Of a stretch of DNA of 64,000 nt, positions 27,151 through 36,666 are shown in pieces. The notes under the pieces are model-generated. The model was not told where the DNA came from, made no database searches, and saw nothing but the letters and a program-made list of their open reading frames with translations. Made by a program: the position numbers and the translations under genes. Within the stretch, counting starts at the first letter, position 1, and every line of letters starts with the position of its first letter. The stretch spans positions 1 to 64,000 of IMG/VR virus record IMGVR_UViG_3300049002_000006; one strand, written 5' to 3'. This DNA comes from a virus.

Positions 27151-27732
27151 ATGCGCTCGTTGTTCGTCGTTCTGGTGTTCGTTTTGCCCCTCGCCGCAGA
27201 CGACAGCCCGTGGGACTTTTCGAGGCGTGTGGACGACATAGAAAAGAAGCAGAAAGAGTTTGACCGTAAGTTAACGGATCTGAACTCGAAGGTCGATGCC
27301 ACAATGGTGTTGATCGACCAGATCAAAGCGAAGTTCGCCGAACCGATGAAAGTCGCTTCGCCTACCGAGACGGAAATCATTCCGGTCCCGAAGACCACTC
27401 TCCCTCCTGGTGTAGGAGGCGGGTGGGTGCCGATGTCGGATGGTACTTACGAGCGGACGATTAAAGTGAAGTACAATCCGGTAATGCCGACTTCGGTCAT
27501 GATCTATGGAACTCCTGTAGTCGAACCAGCCGTGCCGGTGTATGCTCAGTCTACTCCCGTTTATACTCAACCGTATGTCGGTACTTATCAGACCATTGGA
27601 GGGTACACCGTCAGTCCTTCTTGGTACGGGAGTGTGGGGGCCGACGGCGGCGGGACGTGTGTAGGCGGGGATTGCGGAAACACAACCATCAACTACGGGC
27701 GGCCCGGCTTGTTCGGCCGGTACCGGAGGTAA
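27151..27732 (+). CDS. exported protein with CxGGxC / RPGLFG tail
   Basis: Signal peptide, coiled coil, PVY repeats. Confidence 0.65.
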   Translation: MRSLFVVLVFVLPLAADDSPWDFSRRVDDIEKKQKEFDRKLTDLNSKVDATMVLIDQIKAKFAEPMKVASPTETEIIPVPKTTLPPGVGGGWVPMSDGTYERTIKVKYNPVMPTSVMIYGTPVVEPAVPVYAQSTPVYTQPYVGTYQTIGGYTVSPSWYGSVGADGGGTCVGGDCGNTTINYGRPGLFGRYRR

Positions 27733-27733
27733 C

Positions 27734-28060
27734 ATGACGACCAAGCAACTGTGTGCCAAGCTGAACGACCGGATGGAATCTGTCCCGGCAGAAGTGTGGG
27801 GGGCGATCCTTGCGGCCGTCATGAAACTGATTCAAGGGTGTAAGGACACTCCTCAAGAAGCCCTCGACTACGTCCGCGAAGCACGAGGTAACTTGCGTCA
27901 CCGGGTAGTCGTGGCGGCGATGTTTCGGCGGGCGTGGGTGAATCAAGGACTCCCTCGCCGGAAAATGGATGACGGACTAGAAGCCCTCCTCGAAGAGGCG
28001 GACTTCGTTGATGTTAAGGACGTCAAGCGCATGTTTAAGGAGGCGGCATATGAGTCCTGA
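27734..28060 (+). CDS. hypothetical protein
   Basis: ORF with SD. Confidence 0.6.
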   Translation: MTTKQLCAKLNDRMESVPAEVWGAILAAVMKLIQGCKDTPQEALDYVREARGNLRHRVVVAAMFRRAWVNQGLPRRKMDDGLEALLEEADFVDVKDVKRMFKEAAYES

Positions 28061-28511
28061 CGAATTTCTGGAAAAGTCTCTGGCCGTTCACGACGCACTG
28101 AGCAGACCGGTTGAGGACGAGGTAGTGACTATCCTCAAAGTCATGTCGGACGTGGCAGAACTGTTCCAATCCGACGAAGCCGAGTACACACCCGGCCAGC
28201 AGAAGCAGTTGGAGGTCCTCGAGAACGACGTCCACATGATCGCGGTTAAACCGGTCAGTCTGATTCACGCCAAGCGGAAGACCGTGGATCGGAAGATCGA
28301 TCCCGCCGCCGAGAAAGGTCTTTGGATGGTCTTCCGGCACGCCCTGCGGACGATGCTCGGCAAGATCAAAGTAGTCGAGCCCCCGGCCGAAGAAACGCCG
28401 GCCCCCGAGAGTGCCGAAGGAAGCGAGCCAGAAGCCGTTTTCCCGGCCGATCAGCCGCCCGACGTAGAAAGTGACGCCCCGCCCGACAGCAAGCGAAGGA
28501 GAAAGAAATAG
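28050..28511 (+). CDS. hypothetical protein
   Basis: SD AGGAGG. Confidence 0.6.
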   Translation: MSPDEFLEKSLAVHDALSRPVEDEVVTILKVMSDVAELFQSDEAEYTPGQQKQLEVLENDVHMIAVKPVSLIHAKRKTVDRKIDPAAEKGLWMVFRHALRTMLGKIKVVEPPAEETPAPESAEGSEPEAVFPADQPPDVESDAPPDSKRRRKK

Positions 28512-28522
28512 GGCCTTTGCCG

Positions 28523-28551
28523 TTGACGCTCGCCCGGCATCCGGCTATAAC
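28523..28551 (+). promoter_or_regulatory. promoter TTGACG-17-TATAAC for head genes
   Basis: Near consensus. Confidence 0.75.
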
Positions 28552-28580
28552 TTCGAGGAACATCAGACCAACCTACCTGT

Positions 28581-30008
28581 ATGAATGAACTAGTCCAATA
28601 CTCAGTGCTGAATATGGACGGCGTGAGCCGGACCGAATACTTGCACGGCCGCAAGTATTTGGTCCGGATGGCCGCCTGTGGTACCGAAGGAGTCATGGCC
28701 GGGGTCGATCCGGACGGGAACCCTATCGAGATTTTCTACCCCGAGAAAGTCTGGAAGGATACTCTGCATTCATGGTCGAACAAGCCGATCATGAACCAGC
28801 ACCCGGGCGGCGACGACATGGCCGACGACCAAACGGCCCTCGAAAAGCAGAGTATGGGGTTTTTGCTCAAGCCGAGTTACGACAACAAGTTCCGGACGGA
28901 ATGCTGGTTCGACGCAGACCGGACGCAGAAACTCGACCCGGCCATCTACAAAGCGGTCCTTAACAATCAGCCCATCGAATGCTCGACCGGGCAGAAAATG
29001 GCCATCCGGAAGGAGGACGGGGAACACAACGGAGTCCCGTACAAGTACGTCGCCGTCCGGATCAACCCGAACCATCTCGCCATTCTCACCAAGCGTCGGG
29101 GGGCGTACTCGATATCGAAAGGAGGGGGCATTAACGTCCTGAACGAAGACGGCCATTCGTTGGTCGCAGTAACCAACGAAGCGTCCTATTCCGACATCAT
29201 GCGAAATCTGGACGTGGCCCTGCGGCAGAAGTTCATGAAGCCCGGGTACGACTGGTTCGGGTGCATCTGCGACGTGTACAAGGACGGCTATCTGATCTAC
29301 AGCAGTGCCGGGAAGTTGTGGCGGCTCGATTACGAAGCGGCCGACGACGGGACCGTTACGCTGTCCGGCAAGCCGGAGGAAGTGCAACGAACGACCGTCT
29401 ATGTGACGGTGAGTAACGAGGAGGCGGTCGTGGGCATCGCCTCGGGGAAGTATCTCACACAAGCGGAGGCGGAAGAAATGGCGAAGGTACTGACTAAGGA
29501 ACAACTGATCGACACGATCATCGGGAACGGCGGGGCGTGGGAAGAGACGGATCGGGAACACCTCGGCAAGAAGAACGAAGACCAACTCAAGAAGCTCCTG
29601 CCCATCGGGGCACCGAAGACGACCGAAGTCCCGGTCCTAAACATGGCCGCCGAAGTCAAGCCCGGGACTTACATCCTGACGGCCGACCAAGCTGCCGCCC
29701 TGAGCCGGATGGCCGCCCACGAGAAGCAGGCCAAGGAGGAGATCATCACGGCGGTCATGAATATGGAAGGGAACCAGTTCAAGAAGGAGTGGCTGGAAGA
29801 GCAGAAGCTGGACGTGCTGCAAGGACTCCAGGCCCTCGCCGTCGCCCCGAAGAAGGAAGAGGAGGTCGCCGTTCTGAACCAGGCCGGCGGGGCCCTCCAA
29901 CCGAAGTATTACGGGGCCGGCGGGTATATTCCGTCCGTCCAGCCGCAAGAAATCGTTCCGCTGCCGTTGTCGGCTTCCCGAAAGAAGAAGGAAACGGCCG
30001 CGGTGTAA
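28581..30008 (+). CDS. prohead protease/scaffold (DUF2213-like)
   Basis: EGV, KPIMNQHP, ECSTG, PNHLAIL; position before capsid genes. Confidence 0.8.
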   Translation: MNELVQYSVLNMDGVSRTEYLHGRKYLVRMAACGTEGVMAGVDPDGNPIEIFYPEKVWKDTLHSWSNKPIMNQHPGGDDMADDQTALEKQSMGFLLKPSYDNKFRTECWFDADRTQKLDPAIYKAVLNNQPIECSTGQKMAIRKEDGEHNGVPYKYVAVRINPNHLAILTKRRGAYSISKGGGINVLNEDGHSLVAVTNEASYSDIMRNLDVALRQKFMKPGYDWFGCICDVYKDGYLIYSSAGKLWRLDYEAADDGTVTLSGKPEEVQRTTVYVTVSNEEAVVGIASGKYLTQAEAEEMAKVLTKEQLIDTIIGNGGAWEETDREHLGKKNEDQLKKLLPIGAPKTTEVPVLNMAAEVKPGTYILTADQAAALSRMAAHEKQAKEEIITAVMNMEGNQFKKEWLEEQKLDVLQGLQALAVAPKKEEEVAVLNQAGGALQPKYYGAGGYIPSVQPQEIVPLPLSASRKKKETAAV

Positions 30009-30047
30009 TCCAAATTCAATTCGACCAACTCTCAGGAGAAATAAGGA

Positions 30048-31004
30048 ATGAGCGCAAGCGACAACGTGATCGTGCTCCGGGGTGACATGAGCAAGCGGCA
30101 CATGGAAGCCAAAGCCGGGGAGGCGAGCATCTACCCCGGGGACCTGCTCGAAACGTACCGGGCTTCAGGAGAAGAGAAGTTCCGGAAGGCTACGGTATAC
30201 GGAGCCCGGATCGGCGAGAAGATTTTCGCCAAAGAAAACTACGTCCTCGGAAAGACGAAGGCCACGGCCTACGACAGTGGGTCGAACGTCCTGGCTCACC
30301 GGGCGACACCGGGCGACTGCATCAACGCCCGGATCCCGGCCAACGCCGCGGCCATCCTGATTGACGATTATCTGATCTCCAACGGGGATGGGACGCTTGT
30401 CAAGTCGGTGTACGGCGAAGGACAGAGTCTCGGGAACGCGGTGGCCGCTTCCACGGCCGTCACGAACACGACGACGGAAGCGGCCTTCGACAACGCGAAC
30501 GTGACCATCGCGGCGAACACGCTCCGGGCCGGTGACGTTATCCGGTTGCGTGGCCAAGGGATCGCAACCGCGACTAACTCGACCGACACTCTGACCGTTC
30601 AGGTGTATGTCGGGTCTACGTCCATCGCCACGACTGGTGCAGTGGACGTAGCCAACAACGACATCTTCCGGTACGACATCCGAGTGATCTTCCGGACCGT
30701 CGGGGCGTCCGGAACGATGGTCGTGGAAGGGACGGTGGCCCTCGGGGCGGCTGCGACCGTTACCGACAAGAACGTGTTCAAGGCTTCCACAGCCGTGGAC
30801 ACGACGGCGGCTATCGTGCTGTCGGTCAAGGCGACCTGGTCCGTGGCGAACGCGGGCAACAGTGTCCGACAAGACGTGGCAACGGTCGAGAAGTCGCAGG
30901 CGACGGGGGCGGCCGGAGACGGGATGCTGGCCCGGGCCGAGGAAGACCTTGACAACTCGGCGGTTGCCACCATTACTTGGTGTGCCGTCCGAATCCTTGA
31001 CTAA
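30048..31004 (+). CDS. head decoration/cement protein with inserted domain
   Basis: IYPGDLL..SNGDGTL; position. Confidence 0.65.
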   Translation: MSASDNVIVLRGDMSKRHMEAKAGEASIYPGDLLETYRASGEEKFRKATVYGARIGEKIFAKENYVLGKTKATAYDSGSNVLAHRATPGDCINARIPANAAAILIDDYLISNGDGTLVKSVYGEGQSLGNAVAASTAVTNTTTEAAFDNANVTIAANTLRAGDVIRLRGQGIATATNSTDTLTVQVYVGSTSIATTGAVDVANNDIFRYDIRVIFRTVGASGTMVVEGTVALGAAATVTDKNVFKASTAVDTTAAIVLSVKATWSVANAGNSVRQDVATVEKSQATGAAGDGMLARAEEDLDNSAVATITWCAVRILD

Positions 31005-31034
31005 CAAAACCAACCACAGAGGAGGAGATCAGAA

Positions 31035-32117
31035 ATGGGACAGCCGAAAGTGATGGGCGGACATTACGAGTCCAGTCACCCCATCATGTCGATGGTCCGG
31101 GACCCCGGATACTACCAGCCCTTCTTCGAGAACGGCCGGTCGTGGCGGTCGAAGATCCGGCGGGACCGGCACGGATATCCGATCGAGGACGGACAGGGCA
31201 ACATCATCGAGGACGTGGTAGTCTCGAACGAGGAGGCCCTGTACACCCGCGATCAGTGGGTCGAGTTCGAGACCGCCATTCTCGAAGTCGCCCAGGAACC
31301 GCTCGTGTTCTTTGACGACGTGGCCGGGATGGGGAAGGTCACAATCCCGGCCGGCCTCGGGAAGACGATGTACGAATATCGGAATCGGTCGTTCTCGGCG
31401 TCGGCCACTACCAGCATGGACGGCCTCCGGGAATCGAACCGCGGTCGGTTCACGGTAGATACGGCCCAGCTGCCACTACACATCTACCACGGCGAACTGT
31501 CTTTCCCGTCTCGCGACCTAGACATCGCCGCCGGGAGTGCGTTGCCGCTCGATACGGAACAGGGGCAGGACGTCACTCGGGCGATTCAGGAACTGAAAGA
31601 GGACGCGACTCTCGGCTTGTACACGCCGAATCCGGTCGGCGGTACCTCGGTCGAAGGGGCGTTGAACTTCACCGGCCGGAACACTTACACCATCCGTTCG
31701 CCAGCCACGGTCGGCTGGACGCCTAACGATTTGGTTGATGACCTGATCGGCATGAGGACGATGCTCGAGGACGACAACCAGAAGGGACCGTTCCGAGTAT
31801 GGTACGGTCGTGGTTGGTCGTCCTACCTCGACAAGGACTATTCCCAGGCGAAAGGGGATAACACCGTCCGGGCTCGCGTCCAAGCCCTCGACAACATGGG
31901 GTCTTTCAAGCAGGTGCGGCGGTTGTCTGGGTACACAATCATCATGATGGCTCCGAACTCCACGACGGCGAAGATCGTTGAGGCGTCCGGCTTCAAGACG
32001 GTGACCTGGTCTGAGCGGGGCGGAATGCTCCGTCGCTGGCTGATCTACTGGGCCGGCAACCCGCTGTTCCGGGCGGACGACGAAGGGCAGTGCGGTCTGG
32101 TCGTCGGGACGGTCTAA
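31035..32117 (+). CDS. major capsid protein (HK97 fold, encapsulin/linocin-like)
   Basis: DQW.EFE.AI, SMDG, LPL.IYH, PLDT, GPF.V.Y; size and position. Confidence 0.85.
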   Translation: MGQPKVMGGHYESSHPIMSMVRDPGYYQPFFENGRSWRSKIRRDRHGYPIEDGQGNIIEDVVVSNEEALYTRDQWVEFETAILEVAQEPLVFFDDVAGMGKVTIPAGLGKTMYEYRNRSFSASATTSMDGLRESNRGRFTVDTAQLPLHIYHGELSFPSRDLDIAAGSALPLDTEQGQDVTRAIQELKEDATLGLYTPNPVGGTSVEGALNFTGRNTYTIRSPATVGWTPNDLVDDLIGMRTMLEDDNQKGPFRVWYGRGWSSYLDKDYSQAKGDNTVRARVQALDNMGSFKQVRRLSGYTIIMMAPNSTTAKIVEASGFKTVTWSERGGMLRRWLIYWAGNPLFRADDEGQCGLVVGTV

Positions 32118-32149
32118 CTCCAACTCATCGAACGAAAGAGAACCACCAA

Positions 32150-32713
32150 ATGTCGCGTAAGACACAGAGGAAGCAGGCGGAGGTTCCGAAAGGCCCGGCC
32201 GTGCGAAAATTCCGTCTAAAGGAGAACGCCGGACGGGCCGCCGTCCGGATCGCCGAGGGTCCGAACCACGAGGGCATCAAAGTCATCGAGCCGGGGCAGG
32301 TGTACGCCACGACGCGGGACATGTGTAAGAAGGACCTGAACAAGTGGGAGGAAGTGACCCACACGAACGCGAAGCCCATCGCGTCCGAGGATATGACTCC
32401 GCTCGTTAAGGACGATCTGCCCGAGGTCGTAGACGTGCCTAACCCGCCGACGCCGATGAACCCGAAGAAGTCTCGCGTTCATCCGATCGAGATGGAGGAT
32501 ACGCCGGAAGACGATCATGTCGATCTGGAAGACACCGAGTCGAAGATCGAAACTTCCGACGAGGAAGAAGAGAGCGAGGAGTCCGAAGACGAAGAGGTCT
32601 TTGAGGCTTCCGACGAGAACGAGGACGAAGAAGAGTCTGAGGACGAGAAGGAAAAACCGAAGGCCAAGGTCAAGATGAAGACGGCACCGAAGACCAAGGC
32701 CAAGAAGAAGTAA
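32150..32713 (+). CDS. acidic/Lys-tailed protein after MCP
   Basis: E/D tract and K-rich end. Confidence 0.65.
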   Translation: MSRKTQRKQAEVPKGPAVRKFRLKENAGRAAVRIAEGPNHEGIKVIEPGQVYATTRDMCKKDLNKWEEVTHTNAKPIASEDMTPLVKDDLPEVVDVPNPPTPMNPKKSRVHPIEMEDTPEDDHVDLEDTESKIETSDEEEESEESEDEEVFEASDENEDEEESEDEKEKPKAKVKMKTAPKTKAKKK

Positions 32714-32734
32714 GTCCGTCTTGGAGGGCTTTCG

Positions 32735-33154
32735 ATGGCTCGCACGACGGCAACGCGGGTCGAGGGTATCATTGAGGTCGATCCTGATGATACCTTGACC
32801 CCGTTCATCAATTCTGCCAACCGGGTAGTTACCAGGATCTGTGAAGACACCGACGATGCCTACACGACCGACGAACTGGAAGATATCGAGTGCTGGTTGG
32901 CCGCCCACTTCTACGCCGTCCTTCGACCGGCCTTCGTCGTGGAAAGTGTAGACGTGATGACGACCAGGATCGAGTCGAAAGTGGACTTGGGGCTGTCAAA
33001 CACCAGATGGGGCATCGCCGCTATGGCGATTGACACGTTCGGGAATTTGGCAAATTGGAATAACGAGATGGTTAACAGGAAGCCGACTGACGGCAGACGG
33101 ACGCCATCTCTCAGCTGGTTGGGCATTGACCAGTCGCCCAACAACGTTCCTTGA
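32735..33154 (+). CDS. head-tail adaptor
   Basis: PFINSAN..IECWLAAHF..TRWG..D; position. Confidence 0.75.
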   Translation: MARTTATRVEGIIEVDPDDTLTPFINSANRVVTRICEDTDDAYTTDELEDIECWLAAHFYAVLRPAFVVESVDVMTTRIESKVDLGLSNTRWGIAAMAIDTFGNLANWNNEMVNRKPTDGRRTPSLSWLGIDQSPNNVP

Positions 33155-33168
33155 GAGGAGATTGACTA

Positions 33169-33528
33169 ATGGCCGCCGCGAACGATAACACACGAATCCC
33201 GCGGCGTAAACAGAAGGCCGTGTATTGGGTCGCCCAGCCCAAAGACAGCGACGGGAGAACGACGTATGCGGCCCCCGTCGAAATCGATTGCCGGTGGTCA
33301 GACGTGACAGAGGAACTCGTAGGACCGTCCGGGGCCGCTGTGACTATCAAATCGAAAGTATACCCGGACCGAGACTTAGAAAAGGACTCTGTCCTGTGGC
33401 TCGGCGGGTTGAATGATCTAACGGACTTTACAAACCCGTTTAAGAATCCGGCCGCCGCTCGCATTCAAGGATGGACTAAGATCCCAGACGCCAGGGCGAA
33501 AAGGTTTTTGAGGATTGCCTTCCTGTGA
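33169..33528 (+). CDS. head closure/joining protein
   Basis: QKAVYW..PVEIDCRW; position. Confidence 0.7.
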   Translation: MAAANDNTRIPRRKQKAVYWVAQPKDSDGRTTYAAPVEIDCRWSDVTEELVGPSGAAVTIKSKVYPDRDLEKDSVLWLGGLNDLTDFTNPFKNPAAARIQGWTKIPDARAKRFLRIAFL

Positions 33529-34016
33529 GTACGGTAATCAGGACGACCGGAATCGAAGCAACCCTCCGGGCGTTGACCGACAAGAAACGGGACACGGTCA
33601 AAGCCGTCAACGAAGGACTGCATCTGGTGGCTAGGATGATTCTGAACCGGGCGTTGTACTTGTGTCCGGTCGAGACGGGGGCCATGCGGGCGACCGGGGA
33701 AGTCGGTGAGCCGACCGGAACAGGTGTCGGACTCGGGACGAGAACGTCAGTTAGTTTCGGCGGTCAGTCCGCTCCGTACACAATTTTCGTCCATGAAAAT
33801 CTGAACGCGAGTCACCTGGCCCCGACGATTGCCAAATGGCTGGAGGTGGCCGTCATGCAAACCCGCGGCCCGGCGACTAGAGTCCTCGAGCGGGCGTTTA
33901 AGTACCAAATCGTCAGTCACGAAGAGGGGGCCGCCGACCGATTCGTTCGAGGGTCTAAAGGTTTCCGAACCGCCACTGACCGGAGGGCCGGTCCTGCCCC
34001 CAGGAGAGGTCGATGA
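33525..34016 (+). CDS. HK97 gp10-like neck protein
   Basis: CPVETGAMR..APY.IFVHE..AKWLE. Confidence 0.75.
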   Translation: MSTVIRTTGIEATLRALTDKKRDTVKAVNEGLHLVARMILNRALYLCPVETGAMRATGEVGEPTGTGVGLGTRTSVSFGGQSAPYTIFVHENLNASHLAPTIAKWLEVAVMQTRGPATRVLERAFKYQIVSHEEGAADRFVRGSKGFRTATDRRAGPAPRRGR

Positions 34017-34468
34017 TTTCCGCCTCGCCGGCCCGCGTCTTGCAATATTACCTGGTCGCCGCCGGAAAAGCCGTCCTGCCGGCCGCAGGCACGGAAGACA
34101 ACTGGCCGATCACCCGCGGCTTCCTTCCGTCCGGGGAAGAAGACCCGGACAACTACCTTGCCACCTACGACTACGGGGCAGATCAGGAATTCGGAGTCAC
34201 GAACGATTCCCGTAACGACCATCCTGCCGTCCAAGTCAGGATTCGTTCCAGAACTTATGAAGAAGGGTGGGCGAAGGCCGTCGATATACTGGAAGCATTG
34301 AAGGTGATCGCCCAAGATCAGATTTGGACTTCTGTGACGGTCTTGACCGAGACGATCCTCATTCAAGGGTGTATGATCCAGGCGGGTATCATGCACATAG
34401 GACGAGAGGAGAAGGAGACGCGGGAGAATTTCACGATCAACCTGCGGTTAACCATTTCGGAGGGGTGA
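34013..34468 (+). CDS. tail terminator
   Basis: PAVQVRIRS..FTIN; position. Confidence 0.7.
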   Translation: MISASPARVLQYYLVAAGKAVLPAAGTEDNWPITRGFLPSGEEDPDNYLATYDYGADQEFGVTNDSRNDHPAVQVRIRSRTYEEGWAKAVDILEALKVIAQDQIWTSVTVLTETILIQGCMIQAGIMHIGREEKETRENFTINLRLTISEG

Positions 34469-34469
34469 T

Positions 34470-35087
34470 ATGAGCGGAGTCTCTACGGCAGTCAGGAGCA
34501 GCATCAGTTTTCTAGGAAAGAATTTCAAACAGGCCAAGGCACAAACACCGGATCAGGTCGGCTACTACGGCGAGAAGGACTTGGCTGCGGCAAAAGTCGG
34601 GCAGTTGACGACCAGGACGGATAATGACACCGGCACGTTGACGATGGTCACCGGTCACGGGATTACGACAGGAGCCATTCTCGACGTGTACTGGGACGGC
34701 GGTTACCGGGCGAACATGGTCGTTGGGACGGTTGCCACGAATAGTGTACCGATCGACGGCGGGTCCGGAGACAACTTGCCGACCAACCTGACGGCCATCA
34801 CGGCAATGGTTCCTAGTGTCGAGACCGTCGTGATCGTCGGCAACAATCTGAACAATCTGGTCGCAGACGTGACGGACAAGACGGTCCGGGGGCTCGTGAC
34901 GTACACGGACGGATCGGATGTCGTCCAAGCCGCCTTAGAAATCGACCCGCTGATCGGGGCATATCTGTGGGAGAGTACGAGCGGGGTGACGAATCCGCTG
35001 TCCGGAGCTACGACCGCAAAGATCAAATACTCGCACGCCTCGTCGGTCGGGACCAAGAAGGTCAGGGCCGGGGCACTCCGTTCCTAA
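34470..35087 (+). CDS. tail-associated structural protein
   Basis: Position, composition. Confidence 0.55.
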   Translation: MSGVSTAVRSSISFLGKNFKQAKAQTPDQVGYYGEKDLAAAKVGQLTTRTDNDTGTLTMVTGHGITTGAILDVYWDGGYRANMVVGTVATNSVPIDGGSGDNLPTNLTAITAMVPSVETVVIVGNNLNNLVADVTDKTVRGLVTYTDGSDVVQAALEIDPLIGAYLWESTSGVTNPLSGATTAKIKYSHASSVGTKKVRAGALRS

Positions 35088-35119
35088 TTCGAACCATCTA
35101 CTAAAAGGAGGCCCCGGAC

Positions 35120-35551
35120 ATGTCTCGTCTACGCGACGGATTTAGTACCCAGATCAGCTTCGCGGAAAATCCAACGGTCAAATTTTTCGAGATTACCGTC
35201 CAGCCTCCGGGCATCGACGGCGGCGGGGCGAACGACACGACGACGATGCGGAACACAGCCCTCCGCACGATGCAGCCGAAACAGTTGAAGTCCCTGACGC
35301 CGATGACCTTCTCCGCGTCCTACGACTCGGAAGTCTTCGACGTGGACGAAGTGTTCGCGATGATTAACGTCAACCAGTTAATCACAATCCTGATGCCGGA
35401 CGGGAGTGAGTACGCCTTTTGGGGCTTCCTCAACTCGTTCATCCCCGGGGCTCATCAGGAAGGCAGTCAGCCGGTCGCGACACTCAACATCATCCCGACG
35501 AACCAAGACGACGACTACGTCGAGACGGACCCGGTCTACACGCCGGCGTAA
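35120..35551 (+). CDS. major tail tube protein
   Basis: PPGIDGG..DTTTMRN..PDGS..FWGFL. Confidence 0.75.
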   Translation: MSRLRDGFSTQISFAENPTVKFFEITVQPPGIDGGGANDTTTMRNTALRTMQPKQLKSLTPMTFSASYDSEVFDVDEVFAMINVNQLITILMPDGSEYAFWGFLNSFIPGAHQEGSQPVATLNIIPTNQDDDYVETDPVYTPA

Positions 35552-35656
35552 GTGCTGTGAGTCGTTTTCCCGAGTCGCCGAATCGTCGGCGTGTCGAAAC
35601 ATGCCGGGCGGCTTATAACGTGGGAAAACTAGCTCTAATATCAAAGGAAGCGTATC

Positions 35657-36082
35657 GTGAGTAGTGAAGTAGCAGAAGCGGCAACGCCCGAAACAGAAAC
35701 GCCTGTCCCGGCTCCTGTCGGCCTAACCAAACTCCGATTCACCGTCAGCCTCCGGGAAGAGAAGTTCGACATCGAAATCGACGGTCAGGAAAAGGAGTAC
35801 ACACTCAAACAAGTCCCGTCGAACGTATTCGCCAAGTGGCAGTCCGACACGGCCGACAGGTATCGGAAGGATAAAGACGGTCGGGTGATCGGCGGAATCA
35901 GTAAGTTCGACGGTTGGTACACGAGCCTCCTGTGCAAGGCGGTGTTCGATGAAAGTGGTCAACCGGTCGGGCAGAAGACTTTGGACACATGGCCGGCCGG
36001 AGTGATCGACGGGCTGTACGAACGGCTGGGCGAACTCCAGCTGATGACCAAGAACGCAATCGACCAAGCAAAAAAAGCATAA
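35657..36082 (+). CDS. tail assembly chaperone (G)
   Basis: Between tube and tape measure, ends at slippery site. Confidence 0.75.
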   Translation: MSSEVAEAATPETETPVPAPVGLTKLRFTVSLREEKFDIEIDGQEKEYTLKQVPSNVFAKWQSDTADRYRKDKDGRVIGGISKFDGWYTSLLCKAVFDESGQPVGQKTLDTWPAGVIDGLYERLGELQLMTKNAIDQAKKA

Positions 36083-36666
36083 CGCCGGAGTTGAGGGCCT
36101 GGTCGAAAATAGCCAAGCGGCAACACAGGTCGATATCGGAGGCGATGTGCGCGACATCGCCGACCGAGTTCGTTCAAACCGTCCAGATGATGGAGGACGA
36201 ACTCGAGGACCCGGACCTACATTGCATGTACCAGGCTCAGACGGCTTATCAGCTGTACCTGCTCCGGCGGACGGTTCAAAACGTGCTTCGCACAACTCCG
36301 GACACGACGCCCCCTTTAGGTCTTAAGGACTTCATCCTGAAGTTCTACAAGAAGACCGACGTTGTCTTGGACGAAGAGACCAAGAAGAAGGCGCTCGAAG
36401 CGTTGAAGAGGAATCTGTTCGCGGCTACCGGCTTTACCGGCAAGAAAGCGGACGACGGCGGGCGGCGGGGGACGCGCAAACGACTACCAGGTAGGGTGAT
36501 CCGTGGCAACCTTCGACAAACTGATTCAGGAACTGGAAGCGAAGACGGACAAGTTCGAGCAGGGGTACGCGGTAGCAGAAAGGTCGGTCAAGGCTTTCGG
36601 AGCGGCGGTCGAGAAGGCGATGACCCGGCTGGCGGCGGACGAAGCGAAGGCGGAGGCGGCGACTAA
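36070..36666 (+). CDS. -1 frameshift extension (GT) of tail chaperone
   Basis: A AAA AAA G at 36070-36077; -1 frame open. Confidence 0.7.
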   Translation, partial: KKSITPELRAWSKIAKRQHRSISEAMCATSPTEFVQTVQMMEDELEDPDLHCMYQAQTAYQLYLLRRTVQNVLRTTPDTTPPLGLKDFILKFYKKTDVVLDEETKKKALEALKRNLFAATGFTGKKADDGGRRGTRKRLPGRVIRGNLRQTDSGTGSEDGQVRAGVRGSRKVGQGFRSGGREGDDPAGGGRSEGGGGD

